A stretch of 63,615 nt of DNA, filler included, from Octopus bimaculoides (lineage: Eukaryota): the NCBI RefSeq assembly GCF_001194135.2. It is 10 parts of 10 records of this genome, joined end to end, with 100 filler letters (N's around TTAATTAATTAA, not from the genome) between each part and the next. Parts side by side here need not be neighbours in the genome. Positions count along the whole stretch, not along the records: positions 30,067 to 40,959 come from NC_068988.1; positions 41,060 to 52,645 come from NC_068997.1; 8 more parts are not named here. One strand, given 5' to 3'. A program made the position numbers and the translations under genes. Position 1 is the first letter of the stretch, and the number at the start of each line of letters is the position of its first letter. Positions 38,358 through 52,645 of the stretch are shown here, piece by piece. The notes beneath the pieces were generated by a model. It did no database searches. It saw only the letters and a list, made by a program, of their open reading frames with translations, and was not told the origin of the DNA.

Positions 38358-40899
38358 GAAATTTTCATTCTCTTAACCATGAAACGATCGTATCCAATTA
38401 ACTAAAGACTTGTTTTGTTTATGCTTTTTCCCTCCGGTGTTTTGTTCTATGTGTGCCATAAATATCGCCATCCGTTTAGAGAAAAATTTGTAGTTTAGAA
38501 TCAGTAGTTCTTTGACTGCTATTTCTAAATTTTCAGTATGTTGGAGAAGAAACTCAATGCTAATCCCTGTATATCTATCTATCTATCTNNNNNNNNNNNN
38601 NNNNNNNNNNNNNNNNNNNNNNNNNNNNNNNNNNNNNNNNNNNNNNNNNNNNNNNNNNNNNNNNNNNNNNNNNNNNNNNNNNNNNNNNNNNNNNNNNNNN
38701 NNNNNNNNNNNNNNNNNNNNNNNNNNNNNNNNNNNNNNNNNNNNNNNNNNNNNNNNNNNNNNNNNNNNNNNNNNNNNNNNNNNNNNNNNNNNNNNNNNNN
38801 NNNNNNNNNNNNNNNNNNNNNNNNNNNNNNNNNNNNNNNNNNNNNNNNNNNNNNNNNNNNNNNNNNNNNNNNNNNNNNNNNNNNNNNNNNNNNNNNNNNN
38901 NNNNNNNNNNNNNNNNNNNNNNNNNNNNNNNNNNNNNNNNNNNNNNNNNNNNNNNNNNNNNNNNNNNNNNNNNNNNNNNNNNNNNNNNNNNNNNNNNNNN
39001 NNNNNNNNNNNNNNNNNNNNNNNNNNNNNNNNNNNNNNNNNNNNNNNNNNNNNNNNNNNNNNNNNNNNNNNNNNNNNNNNNNNNNNNNNNNNNNNNNTAT
39101 ATATAATATATATATATTACATGGAAAAATGCGAGCAAGAGAAATAATATATTTAAGATTATAAACCTGGAAAATTACAGGGCTTTATTCAGTATAGTGA
39201 ATATGCACCTTCACCTTTTAATGCATTTATTATTTTTCATGCTAGGACTCATTGGATGTAGGAGTTCACGTGGGCCTTGAGCCATTGTTGCTTCATGATT
39301 TCAAAGAAGCCTTTGTCACTTCCAAAGTCTGGAAAATCTACTGATATAATTGAGACAATTTGATTTAAATAGATTTTTGTTTTCAGCTGTATGACAATGC
39401 TTGCATAAAGAAAACATATTCTTTGCTTCTCTGTGTTGTACTTGTCACTTCGTGATACTCATCGTTTTGATGAACCGTTGTCGAAAAACTCTGATTGATA
39501 AATCCGGTTGGTCATTTAGGATGCTAACCTGAGACTCTGACTCATATAATCTGTCTCTCATATATAAAAAAAAAAAAGCCTAACAGTAAGACCCTCTATT
39601 TTGCATACATTGATCCTGTCACCGAATACAATACATTTCATTCTTCCGAAGTTGGTAAAATAAATACCAGTCAAGTGCTGCAAGTTGACCACTAGTCATT
39701 CCTGTACGCCTGTCACTCATCCAGTTATCAACCCCTTTTTGTGTTACCACGCAAACATGATCTTCCAAATCATAATGACAACCCTCAGGGCATCAAATTC
39801 AGCCAATATTTTACCCTTCAGACATTAAGCAACAGAAGTTCAGGCTGAACGTCAAGTACATTGATCTCATGTCTTGGAAAGCCTACAAATAACATGGATG
39901 CCTCCCTTCCTTTTCCGCCGAGTAAAAATAAATTAAAATAATGCTCAGCTATCAAGGTTTCATTTTCAATGTCTCTTGATTGCTTGAACAGCTGTCTTAA
40001 TGTCTTACGTAACAGATGTATTACAACACAGATAACTGTTATATGCATGTCTCATAGATGTGAAGTGCAAGATAAACCACAGGAAAAAGAAGGTAGCGTT
40101 AGAAAGAGGAGAGCTGAAGTATTGAATTAAAATAAAACAGAAACGAAGCGGTGAAGACCATGATAATCTATAGGATCGTCGAATGCGATCCTACATGAAA
40201 GTCATTACGTGATTACACGACTTGCTATAAATAGTAGCGAAATCTCACTTATATTACACCGTACCGATTTAAATTATAAAATTACACAGATAATGTAATC
40301 ACGGCTATATTCACACTACATTTCTCTTAAGACCACACTACAAAACTACTCTCCTTTCGATTCTAGTTTTAGTTAAAGCTTTTAAAGTATAGAAAAGCGA
40401 AATAAACTTCCCTTTGTATGTGAATGAAAACAAAAGTTAGAATGATATCTCAGACTTAAGATCTCCGACTACAGATGTCGTGTATTAAAATGAGTTCTTT
40501 TGGTCCGAATATCGAAAATGCAGAGTTACATTAAATATACAATACTATCTCCATTGAACACTAAAAAAATTTGAAGGTTAAATTTCAAGCTGTGTATGTG
40601 TGTGTGTGCGCGCGCGCGCGGATTTTTGGCAAAAATCTATCGGATTATTTTGAAAAATATCGCCTGGCAGACTTCGAGTTATGCGTTTTGTGTCACAGAC
40701 CAGAACATTATTTTTTTTTCCGGTTTCCTATAACCATTCTTACATCGAACGAAAATGATATGATTGGTCTCGCATACCCTATTTGCTTCCTCCAAACAAA
40801 ATTTAAACCCTGTGTCATATTATATTCGGCATATGAATACATATATACGTGTCTACATGCATGCGTGCATACACGCACACTATACATTCACAAATATAC

Positions 40900-40959
<60 letters not shown>

Positions 40960-41059
40960 NNNNNNNNNNNNNNNNNNNNNNNNNNNNNNNNNNNNNNNNN
41001 NNNTTAATTAATTAANNNNNNNNNNNNNNNNNNNNNNNNNNNNNNNNNNNNNNNNNNNN

Positions 41060-41109
<50 letters not shown>

Positions 41110-41689
41110 TAAATATATACATATACATCCATATAGAAACATATATATGCGTGTGTATATACATGTACATATACATATATACAAACACAGATACCACACA
41201 CACACATATATATATATATACATGTATATGCACACATGTATGTATGTATATGTATGTATATGTATGTATATATATATANNNNNNNNNNNNNNNNNNNNNN
41301 NNNNNNNNNNNNNNNNNNNNNNNNNNNNNNNNNNNNNNNNNNNNNNNNNNNNNNNNNNNNNNNNNNNNNNNNNNNNNNNNNNNNNNNNNNNNNNNNNNNN
41401 NNNNNNNNNNNNNNNNNNNNNNNNNNNNNNNNNNNNNNNNNNNNNNNNNNNNNNNNNNNNNNNNNNNNNNNNNTATATATACATTATCATTTGTTACTGA
41501 GTGGACGTGCTGCTGTGCTCCGTCTCTGAATGCAGGTACCGGCATCTCATCAGTCGGTAAAATAGTTCTGTAGATGTTTCGGTCTCTTCCACCTCGATAC
41601 CAGAGCTGCCCGTGGCCACCCAACTTTGTAGGCAACAAAAATCTTGCCCATCTACACCAACATTTATTTAGTCAACTTTTGTGACTCAA

Positions 41690-42100
41690 GGCCAGATGCT
41701 TCTACCATCCTTAAAGCTCATTCGTACTGCACCATTTGTCCTCTCCTTTGAGCCATATGTAAGGGCTTGCTTTTTCAGTGGTTTCCGACAACTTACTGGC
41801 ATCATCTTCTCTTTCCGCCGCAGTTAACCCAAGATTCCAGAATATCGAGTGAACTCTGGTTTCAAACGTTTCTCTAACAGCTATCTCTATACGAAGTTAT
41901 ATTACCTCCAAAACAATATTTTTACAAAGTTCAACTAACTCACTTTATTTTCTGACTTTGCTGAGGAAATTATCTTCGATATTCGCTTCTCAGGGAATTG
42001 CACCTCTACCAGCTTTACCACTTTCCTTTCCGTTCCTAACACAATATAAGAATGTCGGGTCTTTCAGTGACAAGAAGTAGGAAGTGTACCAATCAACACT
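41690..42100 (-). mobile_element. Restriction-like endonuclease (RLE) C-terminus of an R2-group, probably HERO-like, element
   Basis: ERPDILIL (cf. LRPDIVLW), KVVKLVEV (cf. VVLVELTVPW), LRIEIAVR (cf. PVEVGCRG), SETTEKASPYIWLKGEDKW (cf. AEKGSFWLWLRR). Confidence 0.6.
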
Positions 42101-43449
42101 GTATTAATGAAGAAATGAAGGAGTATCTATATGGCCGTTGGTTCTGCTAGAAATACCATTCAAATTTCCATTAAACGACAATCATTATTGCGTGAAACAA
42201 TTGCAAGCGTGTAGGCGCAATAACTCATTCACTCAAACATACATATAAATAGACCTACACATATGTACACATACATAACAAAATGCGTATATAGACACAC
42301 AGATATATACGTTTATTCTCAAAGATTACCAAAATGCACACAAACACACACACACACACACATCGAACGATAAGCTCGAGATCTTTCTGTACAAATGTAT
42401 AATTCCCTATATGGGGTAAGGTTTTGCATCCGGGTTGTTGAAAGGCTGCCTCTTCGCTCATATTTCGGAGGAAGGTATAGACTACATGATATCAATACAC
42501 AAACGCATTGAAATGAACACACGCGCATACATACAAATAATGAATATCCCCCACCGCACGCACGCGCGCGCGCACACACACACACATACACACACACACA
42601 CAAAAACACATGACACACACCAATACAAACACATATCGCACGATAAACAAAGAACAATCTGTAGAATTCAACACCCAAGATGTAAATCACTCTTTCAATC
42701 TCTTAAAAATGGAAGAAACATTGGATTATGTAGTTCTGAAATACGAACTACGTATTCAATACTGGAATGCCTTTCAATCTAAGGCCGTATGTCTGCCTCC
42801 AGGGCTCACCCGGAGATAGACACGGAGCACCAGCAGTAGTAATATCACTACCACCAATAACCAGTAAAGCTAAAAACTGTACCAATACAACACATGCGAA
42901 ATGCTCAAAGAAGAGATAAGCGTTCACTGACCTGACATTGTCATTTGGAATACAATAGAAACGAAGCAAAAGTTTTTACACAAATCAATGCGATTAGCCA
43001 ATCAGATAAGGACACATCATTCAATGAGACGAAGCTAATTATTTCAAAAGTACATAGCTATGACGATGGAAAGTAAAAACTTTACAAAAGATTGCAATTA
43101 CAGGGCAAGGCATCTTTCTATCCTTGTTTTGTTTGTTTTTTTCTTTGTTGCTTCAAAACTGAGAATTTGGAAGTGGCTAGAGGAATCCAAGACAAATCTG
43201 TCAAACAAAAGGAAAATATTATATTACGTGGAATCTAACACGTTCGAAGAGTTAATATGGTAATTTCATTCCGAAATAACAAAGTTGCAGAGAGCAGATG
43301 CTGAATTCTAAGATTCTGTAAAGTTAATTGAATATAAATATATATATCCCCAGGATAGGAATATTTCAGAATCCTAGAATCCTAGAATCCTTACTGAATT
43401 TTCTAAGGGAAAACTGCTAGATACTACTCATAACTTTCTCGACATTGCG

Positions 43450-43497
<48 letters not shown>

Positions 43498-43515
43498 TAT
43501 ATTATATACACATAT

Positions 43516-43842
43516 GTGGAGGCGCCATGGCCCAGTGGTTAGGGCAATAGACTCGCGGTCGTAGGATGGTGGTTTCGATTCTCAGACCGGGCGTTGTGAG
43601 TGCTTATTGAGCAAAAACACCTAGAAGCTCGACGAAGCTTCTGCAGGGGGTGGTGGTGGACCCTGCTGTACTCCTTCACCACAACTTTCTCTCACTCTTT
43701 CTTCCTGTTTCTCTTGTATCTGTATTTCAAAGGGCCAGCCTTGTCACACTCTCCCTCATGCCGAATGTCTCTAGGTATTTCAAGAGCAGGCTGTCCCAGT
43801 TGATCGGAACAACTGGAACCCTCGTCGTCGTAACCGACTGAA
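43516..43842 (+). mobile_element. tRNA-headed SINE-like family E
   Basis: A-box-like TGGCCCAGTGG and B-box-like GGTTTCGATTC; same head at 61619, partial reverse copy at 12095-12200. Confidence 0.8.
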
Positions 43843-44034
43843 GCCCAAGATACACATATACACAGGTGAGTACCGGTGAGCACAAGGTGGAATAATAGTA
43901 CTCGAATACCAAAGGTAGAGTAATAAACGTTTTATTAAAGCTGCAAAAATATCACAGCTTGTGTGTGAGCAATATGCTTTTTATATATAGCAGATTTTTT
44001 TCAGCACATGTCACTTACTATGCAAGTACATCTC

Positions 44035-44118
<84 letters not shown>

Positions 44119-44562
44119 TCTATGTATTCATATATGCGTTAGCGTGCATACGGATCTATGCCGCCTTATATGCGTCTTTATAGTGCTAGCGAATTGTTGC
44201 TCTTTTGTGGTACCATACTTATTCAGTAGAGTCATATAATATTTTGTTTATCGGTGTAAGAATTATTTGAAGCACAACAAACAATTTGTTCTATTTAGAT
44301 CATCCGGACATCCAAATAATGTTCCCTAACCAAGTGTAAAAACTTTGAATTCGTTGGAATTATCTCCCCTTTGCTTTGTGAATCTCTTGTAATTACTGCT
44401 AGGTTTTATGTTTCTTTCTTTAACTAAGAGGCAAATTGGAATGATTGTGGATATTTATCATTTTTTTTTTGGCATATTATTTATTAGATCCACTCCACCT
44501 TAATTTATCTACTAATTTAAGGGTAACTATTTCGTATTGTCCGTCCAGATTTTTGGTCACTG

Positions 44563-44576
44563 CCGCCATCTAGTGA
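44563..44576 (-). promoter_or_regulatory. CTCF-like motif
   Basis: Minus strand TCACTAGATGGCGG fits CCASYAGRKGGCRS at 13 of 14 positions. Confidence 0.4.
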
Positions 44577-45290
44577 CAAGCTGAATAATTGTGGCTCACT
44601 AACTGGCGATAAAATCAAATGGTGAGGACGAGAATGGGGCAATGATGAAGTCATTGAACGAGATAATGAGGATAATGAAATCTTGATTAATAAGTTCGAT
44701 TGTGGCTATATTATCTGTAGCTATAACAACAACAGCATCAACAAAGGGCGAAACGTGACTGTAATAGAGTTAGAGAAAACAATGTTGATAATGATGATGA
44801 TGATGATGATGATGATGACTACGACGACGATGACGATGACAATGGCAAAATTTGTTACCATAAAATGACTTGAAGACATTAATCGCTACAATGATGATGA
44901 CTGCTACAGCTGATTAGAAGGCCAATATTGATGATGATTATTATTGGTGTTGGTGGTGGTAGTGTTGGTGGTGGTAGTGTTGGTGGTAGTTAAGTTTGTG
45001 ATTGTCGTGGTGCTCATAATAGTTGTGTTATTGCACGAAGAATAATTTCGAACGCCTAAAGCCTACAGACTTTACTCTCCTTTATCTCCTCCCCCTGTCT
45101 CTCCCTCTCTGTATATATATATATATATACATANNNNNNNNNNNNNNNNNNNNNNNNNNNNNNNNNNNNNNNNNNNNNNNNNNNNNNNNNNNNNNNNNNN
45201 NNNNNNNNNNNNNNNNNNNNNNNNNNNNNNNNNNNNNNNNNNNNNNNNNNNNNNNNNNNNNNNNNNNNNNNNNNNNNNNNNNNNNNNNNN

Positions 45291-45351
<61 letters not shown>

Positions 45352-47025
45352 ACATGCACACACATACACATATATGTATTTATACGTGTATCTGTATACA
45401 TGAGTATATTTATACGTTTATGAATGTATATATATTTATACATACATAATTCACTCTCTCTCTACCTCTCTTTCCGTCGCTCTTCCTCCCCTCTCTCTCT
45501 ATTTCTCTCACTCTTACTCTTCTACTCTCACTGTCCCTCTCGTTTTATGCATGTATATTTTTCATTTGCGCGCGCACGCACACACAGAGACACAGACAGA
45601 CATACAGATACATATATGAAACTCGATTGATCATACTCAAAATTTACTTATCCGTCTATACATATACACCTATTTATATTCATATATGGACAGATGCAGA
45701 TACATATTGGTACGCAAAATATTCTCTTGCACCACATCCCCAAAACATATGCGTAGGTACACTCGTTGAAAATAGCTGCATGCACGGCTACACACAGCAC
45801 AACGCACAAGCATATTCATTCAATGGACACATGTTTGTTATCATACACTTACATTCATACAAACTCAGGTCGCAAATTCGATGCAATCTACAATACATAC
45901 CACGACCACTACAACCACCACCGACAATACCACCACAACCACTACTGTCACTACCACAAACAACAACAACACCAACACCACAAGCAGTAGCGCCTCCAGT
46001 ACCACTAGCTCCAGACCTTCCATCATTACCAATAACATTACCTCCACCAGAAGACATTAGCATTTCACCCCTCAGAAACCCGTAATAAAGTCTAAATGAA
46101 TCAGTCGTGAATTAAGACCTCAAAACGTAAAACTAAAACAATAACAAGAAAAACAACATTAACTGCGGCAGCTACAACAATAACAACAGCAATAATAACA
46201 CAACAAATTAAATCAATCAATAAATAAAACGAAAAAGAAAGCATACGACAAAATAAAACGAACAAAAACAAGACCGAAAATAAACCATACAAAATATGCT
46301 TGTATGATCTCCATTAAATGATAGAAACACACACAGCCTTGAAATGTGGTCAACAAGCGGTCAACTATGGTCAAACTTAGTAACAAGATATTGATAAAAT
46401 TCTCTGGTAGCATTCAAGCGTTCAGTAACGTAATCAGAATGCATTTTTCTTGGTCAACATATTTGGATAATTTACACAAAATGCTCACCGCATGGATACT
46501 TGATGGTTATGGCTAAAAGATAAATATCCCAGTTCTATTAAGATTCTCCTAAAATAATGTTCGCTGGATGGAGCAGGGCTGTAAAGTCAGTCCGCTCGTG
46601 TGATTCAGCGTTGGAGGCTCTGCGTATGCGATTGTGCATTTGCGTGCATCTATTGTACGTGCTGTGCGTAGGAATTGATCCTTGGTACACGCACACACAT
46701 ACACACGCGCAAACAAACACACACACACACACACATAAACGCACACATAAACACATAATGCTCATTGAGTGGTGAAGAGCCTGGCGTATATGCGCAACAT
46801 GCATATGTATATATGTGCATGTATGTGTATGTGTGTGTGTGTGTGCTTGCATTTTTTTTATTTGCAGGCTTCTGTTTGTGCGTGAACGAGTGTGTGTGTA
46901 TGTATATGTATGTGTATGCATGCATATGTGTATGTCTATGATTCTGTGGATGTGCATGCGTGCGTGTTTAAATATTGACCCATAAAGTAATGTTAAATAG
47001 TGGCAGCTACGTATATACATTTAAG

Positions 47026-47056
<31 letters not shown>

Positions 47057-47820
47057 AATATATGAGTATATGCATATACATGTACATGTATGTATATACG
47101 TTCATCTACATGTACATATAGATACATAACTGGGTACATGACGTGGCAAAAGAACAAGGACAAAATGGTAAACAAGGTGCAGGCCACATAGAAACATCCC
47201 CTTCATCAGCTGCCACCATTAAAACTCCGGCGTTTCGAAGAATTAAGGCAGTACGCATCGTTAAAATGGTTCTTCCCACGAACACAAATTAAATTGTTTT
47301 CGTGGAGGGTAGTGGCGGACGGAAAACAAGACGGGAAAACTAAACGGTGAAATAAACAAACAAAAAGGCTNNNNNNNNNNNNNNNNNNNNNNNNNNNNNN
47401 NNNNNNNNNNNNNNNNNNNNNNNNNNNNNNNNNNNNNNNNNNNNNNNNNNNNNNNNNNNNNNNNNNNNNNNNNNNNNNNNNNNNNNNNNNNNNNNNNNNN
47501 NNNNNNNNNNNNNNNNNNNNNNNNNNNNNNNNNNNNNNNNNNNNNNNNNNNNNNNNNNNNNNNNNNNNNNNNNNNNNNNNNNNNNNNNNNNNNNNNNNNN
47601 NNNNNNNNNNNNNNNNNNNNNNNNNNNNNNNNNNNNNNNNNNNNNNNNNNNNNNNNNNNNNNNNNNNNNNNNNNNNNNNNNNNNNNNNNNNNNNNNNNNN
47701 NATATATATATATATATATATATACGAGTGTATGCGTGAGGTTAGATACACGTATGGTGATAGTGTGTTTGTTTTTAAGTGTGTAGAACAGATCATAATA
47801 AAGATCATTGTTATAGTTAA

Positions 47821-48042
47821 GGCGGTGAGTTGGCAGAATGGTTAGCACGCTAGACGAAATACTTAGCAACATATCGTCCGTTTTTGTGTTCTGAGCTCAA
47901 AATCTGCCGAGGTCGTCTTTGCCCTTCGTCCTTTCAGGGTCGATAAATTGAGTACCAGTGAAAAACCGGGGTCGATGTAATCGACCAGTCTCCTTCCCAC
48001 TAAATATCAAGACTTGTGCATTTAGTAGAAATGATTATTATT
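47821..48042 (+). mobile_element. SINE-like family B, near full length
   Basis: GGCGGTGAGTTGGCAGAATGGTTAGCACG..GTCGATAAATTGAGTACCAG, ATT tail. Confidence 0.8.
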
Positions 48043-48171
48043 GTTATAATTGTTATTTTTACCATACTTTGTCCTAATCTGATGTTTGTGTTCCAATATT
48101 AGATATGACTATTCAATTTAATATCTAAGGTGAGAAAGAAAGAACGAGAAAGAGGGACAAGGGGTAGATAG

Positions 48172-48210
<39 letters not shown>

Positions 48211-49542
48211 TAGAGAGAGAGAAAGGTTAGTATCAAATAGAGAAATGGGGGTGAGCGATCAATAGATGAAAATAAAAGCGACAGTCAAGGAAAAGATGAT
48301 AGCTTGGCCATGAGGTTACGTCGTGTTTCTCATTAAAAACCATTCACAATAAGCATATACAATACAGTTCAGTCACATCGTACAATTAAAGGAATTCTTA
48401 TGAAAATGTATACATTTGTACATGATGTACTCTTGTTGTTGTGGTAGATTTACTTGTGGGTGATGTTTATTAAAGTATATATATATATATATATATGCAT
48501 GAATTTTTTTTCTATGCAAATATTTCTAAATGAGAAGACCCATATTATTAGAAGTGCAGAAGACTTTTAGAAATATGCAGAAAACCCAAAATATTCTTCC
48601 TCTCTTCCNNNNNNNNNNNNNNNNNNNNNNNNNNNNNNNNNNNNNNNNNNNNNNNNNNNNNNNNNNNNNNNNNNNNNNNNNNNNNNNNNNNNNNNNNNNN
48701 NNNNNNNNNNNNNNNNNNNNNNNNNNNNNNNNNNNNNNNNNNNNNNNNNNNNNNNNNNNNNNNNNNNNNNNNNNNNNNNNNNNNNNNNNNNNNNNNNNNN
48801 NNNNNNNNNNNNNNNNNNNNNNNNNNNNNNNNNNNNNNNNNNNNNNNNNNNNNNNNNNNNNNNNNNNNNNNNNNNNNNNNNNNNNNNNNNNNNNNNNNNN
48901 NNNNNNNNNNNNNNNNNNNNNNNNNNNNNNNNNNNNNNNNNNNNNNNNNNNNNNNNNNNNNNNNNNNNNNNNNNNNNNNNNNNNNNNNNNNNNNNNNNNN
49001 NNNNNNNNNNNNNNNNNNNNNNNNNNNNNNNNNNNNNNNNNNNNNNNNNNNNNNNNNNNNNNNNNNNNNNNNNNNNNNNNNNNNNNNNNNNNNNNNNNNN
49101 NNNNNNNNNNNNNNNNNNNNNNNNNNNNNNNNNNNNNNNNNNNNNNNNNNNNNNNNNNNNNNNNNNNNNNNNNNNNNNNNNNNNNNNNNNNNNNNNNNNN
49201 NNNNNNNNNNNNNNNNNNNNNNNNNNNNNNNNNNNNNNNNNNNNNNNNNNNNNNNNNNNNNNNNNNNNNNNNNNNNNNNNNNNNNNNNNNNNNNNNNNNN
49301 NNNNNNNNNNNNNNNNNNNNNNNNNNNNNNNNNNNNNNNNTATTAACGGAATGAACTATATTCAACTCACATAAATATATATAAATTTATGGCTTGTCGG
49401 TGCTAAGAAGCTTACTTCCCACCCACATGGTTCCGAGTTCAGTTCTACTGTGTGGCATATTGGGAAAATATATTCTAAAATAGTTTTGCGCCTAAGAAAT
49501 CATTCTGAGTGCATCTGACAGAAGGAAACTGAAAGTCCGATG

Positions 49543-49592
<50 letters not shown>

Positions 49593-50080
49593 TGTGTGTG
49601 TATGTGTGTGTGTGTGTGTGTATATATAAAGCAATGGTCGGTCCGGGATATGCTGTTAAGCACAGTGCCAATTTATGTAACTATAGCATTGTTAGACTGA
49701 AATCCCGTGGAAAGATTAAAGCGAAACCCCGTCCGTCTCTTGACAGCTGAATAACGAATAGGTTACTGAAGAAGAGGCAGTCATAAAACACAATGATTTC
49801 TTAGTAAACATATGTTGTTTACCAATACTGGACATGATTACGTTTGCTAGCTTGCTCGAAGCCCACAGCTACGGTTTACTAATTCTCATTATTTCACGCA
49901 TTTACTTGAGTGTATTAGCAAACTTGGCGCACAAAATCCCATTCCTTGAAAGATTAATCAATGCTCACAAACCATACGTTCAGAAATACGTACGTACATG
50001 ATTACCTACACAAACATATACATATATGTGCCTGCACACGCCCACCCACACACGACTAAAACTAATTATGTCTATCTATA

Positions 50081-50141
<61 letters not shown>

Positions 50142-50177
50142 GTCTATCTCCCACCGATCTTCTATTTCTCTTTCTCT

Positions 50178-50226
<49 letters not shown>

Positions 50227-51809
50227 ACTATATATATATTTGAGGATAAAAGACACATAACAGAGCTCAAATGATTGACACTGATACTCCGATGTCTTTT
50301 CAGGGGATCAATACCATGGGATAAAGTATGGCTATACGAGGGCTCAAGCGGGCCAGATATGCAACCAATTATGCGGATAAACAAACTAGATTTATTAAAT
50401 ATAATATTTTCGGTATGAAATACAAAATATGTACATATGTATACATGCAAAACGAGAAAGCAAAAGATGGAAACTTTCAAACAAGGAATATTTGAGTATA
50501 AATATATAAATATGTATATTAATAGATAAAGGTGTTGTAAGCCCAACAGCTGTTTCTAGGGCCTCGGAGATCCATCATAATGAAGGTAGAGTTCATCTGA
50601 ATATGCGGTAATACTGTTCGTTTGCCAAAAAATTATGTTGCACAATGCATTCCATCATAGGCTTTTCAAGAATATGATATTTCTTGTATGATGTATTTTT
50701 TTTTATTCTTTCTCTGTGTATTTCATCGTGATCCTTTCTGTTAAAGAGCGTAGGCTCGAAACGTAAAAGATTTCCTTAACTTATCGATCGTTAAACTAAT
50801 ACACCTGTTTGCTGTTTTTACACCTGTATTCGTCTTCAACTATATATATATATATATATATATAAGTAATATTCTCAAACGCAGGATAATGCTAAACCAG
50901 CGTTTGAGAATAAAAATTACTTCCTTAACTTTCTAGACGTCTCAATGCTTCTACAGTAAACATTGTTTATATATAAATATATATATTTATAACATATACA
51001 TATATAATACACACACGCACGCGCACACACAGAAACAAACACACACACGCACACAGACATACACACACATATATGCCATGAATCTAATGTCGAAAATGAC
51101 GTATGAATGTTCAGTAATGAGGATAGAAACTCATCAACTCCAACAAGATCGAAGAGATCAACATTCAAACATGTCACCCGCTGAACTGGTAATTCACCAG
51201 GTAGAAGCACAGGAATGGAACACATATAAAAAAATACTATTCACAAATAAAAGTCCTGCAATAGGGTTAATTTGTTTTCATTATTTACAATTTTAAGTGG
51301 CATTGTGCCAAAATTTGAAGTCATTATTTACAATTTGACTATATACAGATAGAAATTCTAAATTATACTTAATTTGTTTCTCTCATTTACAATTTTAATA
51401 TGTACAAAAAATGTTATTGAATTTGATGACTACGCATAAGTATTTTCTGTCTTGAAGGTATTTCAGACAATTGACTACAAGTTTTCACAAGTTAAACTTA
51501 CATTACTTTTCGCAGCGTAAGCTTGGAGATTGGTAACTAAGCCAATATTTCATCTCCTGGCAAAGTCACAATTGAAAAGTTATAGTTCGGCAACATTTTT
51601 CGTATTTTGATAACTTGGCTTTTTATTTCCATGCAATTGGTTACGGTGAAGGATTCTTCGAGCTTTTAGTTGTCATTGCTTAGGAATTCTACAAGCATTC
51701 ATTCGCAAAACGTGACCACAACACCTCAATTGAGTCCTGTTTCGGAAAGTTTCTATGCTAGGAATATTACATATAGACAAGACATCAATTTTCCTCCCTC
51801 TGCATTCGA

Positions 51810-52070
51810 CTTCATTTTGTATATTGATCTCGGTTATCTTATATGAGAGCTGTTTAATTGATTAGTATGCTTCCGATACCAGGTCAAAGTCTCTTCCTCA
51901 TACAAGATAGTTTTTATAACGTCTGCTTTATTGATTTCAGCTTTGGTTTTACAAAAGACATCATGGAAATTCCAGAGTCTCTGGTAAAATATGCCGAAAG
52001 CTGAACGTGCTTTATCTATACGTGTTGCAAGTTTCTTTCTCATTTGTCATAGTAATTTTAAAATAGGTGA
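51810..52070 (-). mobile_element. RTE-clade LINE fragment
   Basis: RIDKARSAFG..RLWN..TKAEI..LYEEETLTWYRKH (cf. RIAKASSAFG..LLYGCETWT). Confidence 0.75.
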
Positions 52071-52605
52071 AAGAACTGTTTTAGATCTTTTCCTTCTGCT
52101 AACATTCTAGACCTAAAGGCTGGACTATTACCGAGACATGGCTGAATAAGGAGTTCGGCTTATGAATGCAAATAACGCAAATGTAATTGCTGATGTTTTA
52201 AGGAGTAGCACATCTGAGACAAAATTCAATTTGAATTAAAAGTAGAACTAATGATCTAAGCATTATCGGTAACACAAATATGTGATTTGTTTCAACTCCC
52301 GTTAGCTGAGGAATAGCGTCCAAAGAAACGTCGCTTCATAACATTGAGTGTTAGAAAAACACTTAATGTCTCCAACCAGGTGAAACAAAACACCCCTAAG
52401 GTAAAAGAGAACGGCGGATATCGATAATTTGATAGACATTGAAGTCTATGTTCTTCGACATTCCGCGTTTCTTTTTAACGCTATGCATCGTGAAGGGATG
52501 TTTCCCACTACGCTATCCCGCAGCAAATGGGCGCATAAACAAAACACATACACCACGTATACATCATTGATAAAATTTGCATTATTAGCGCTGCTCTTAA
52601 TCCGA

Positions 52606-52645
<40 letters not shown>

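Noticed and set aside
41520-41590. GAAAC..CTGATGA on the minus strand in type II hammerhead order
   Set aside because: Stem II strands do not pair.
43516-43590. tRNA gene-like head
   Set aside because: Continues into a SINE body and lacks a closed cloverleaf; SINE, not tRNA.
47195-47230. GTGGCAG-CTGATGA-AGGGG on the minus strand
   Set aside because: No downstream GAAA or stem III within range; at most a truncated PLE-type repeat.
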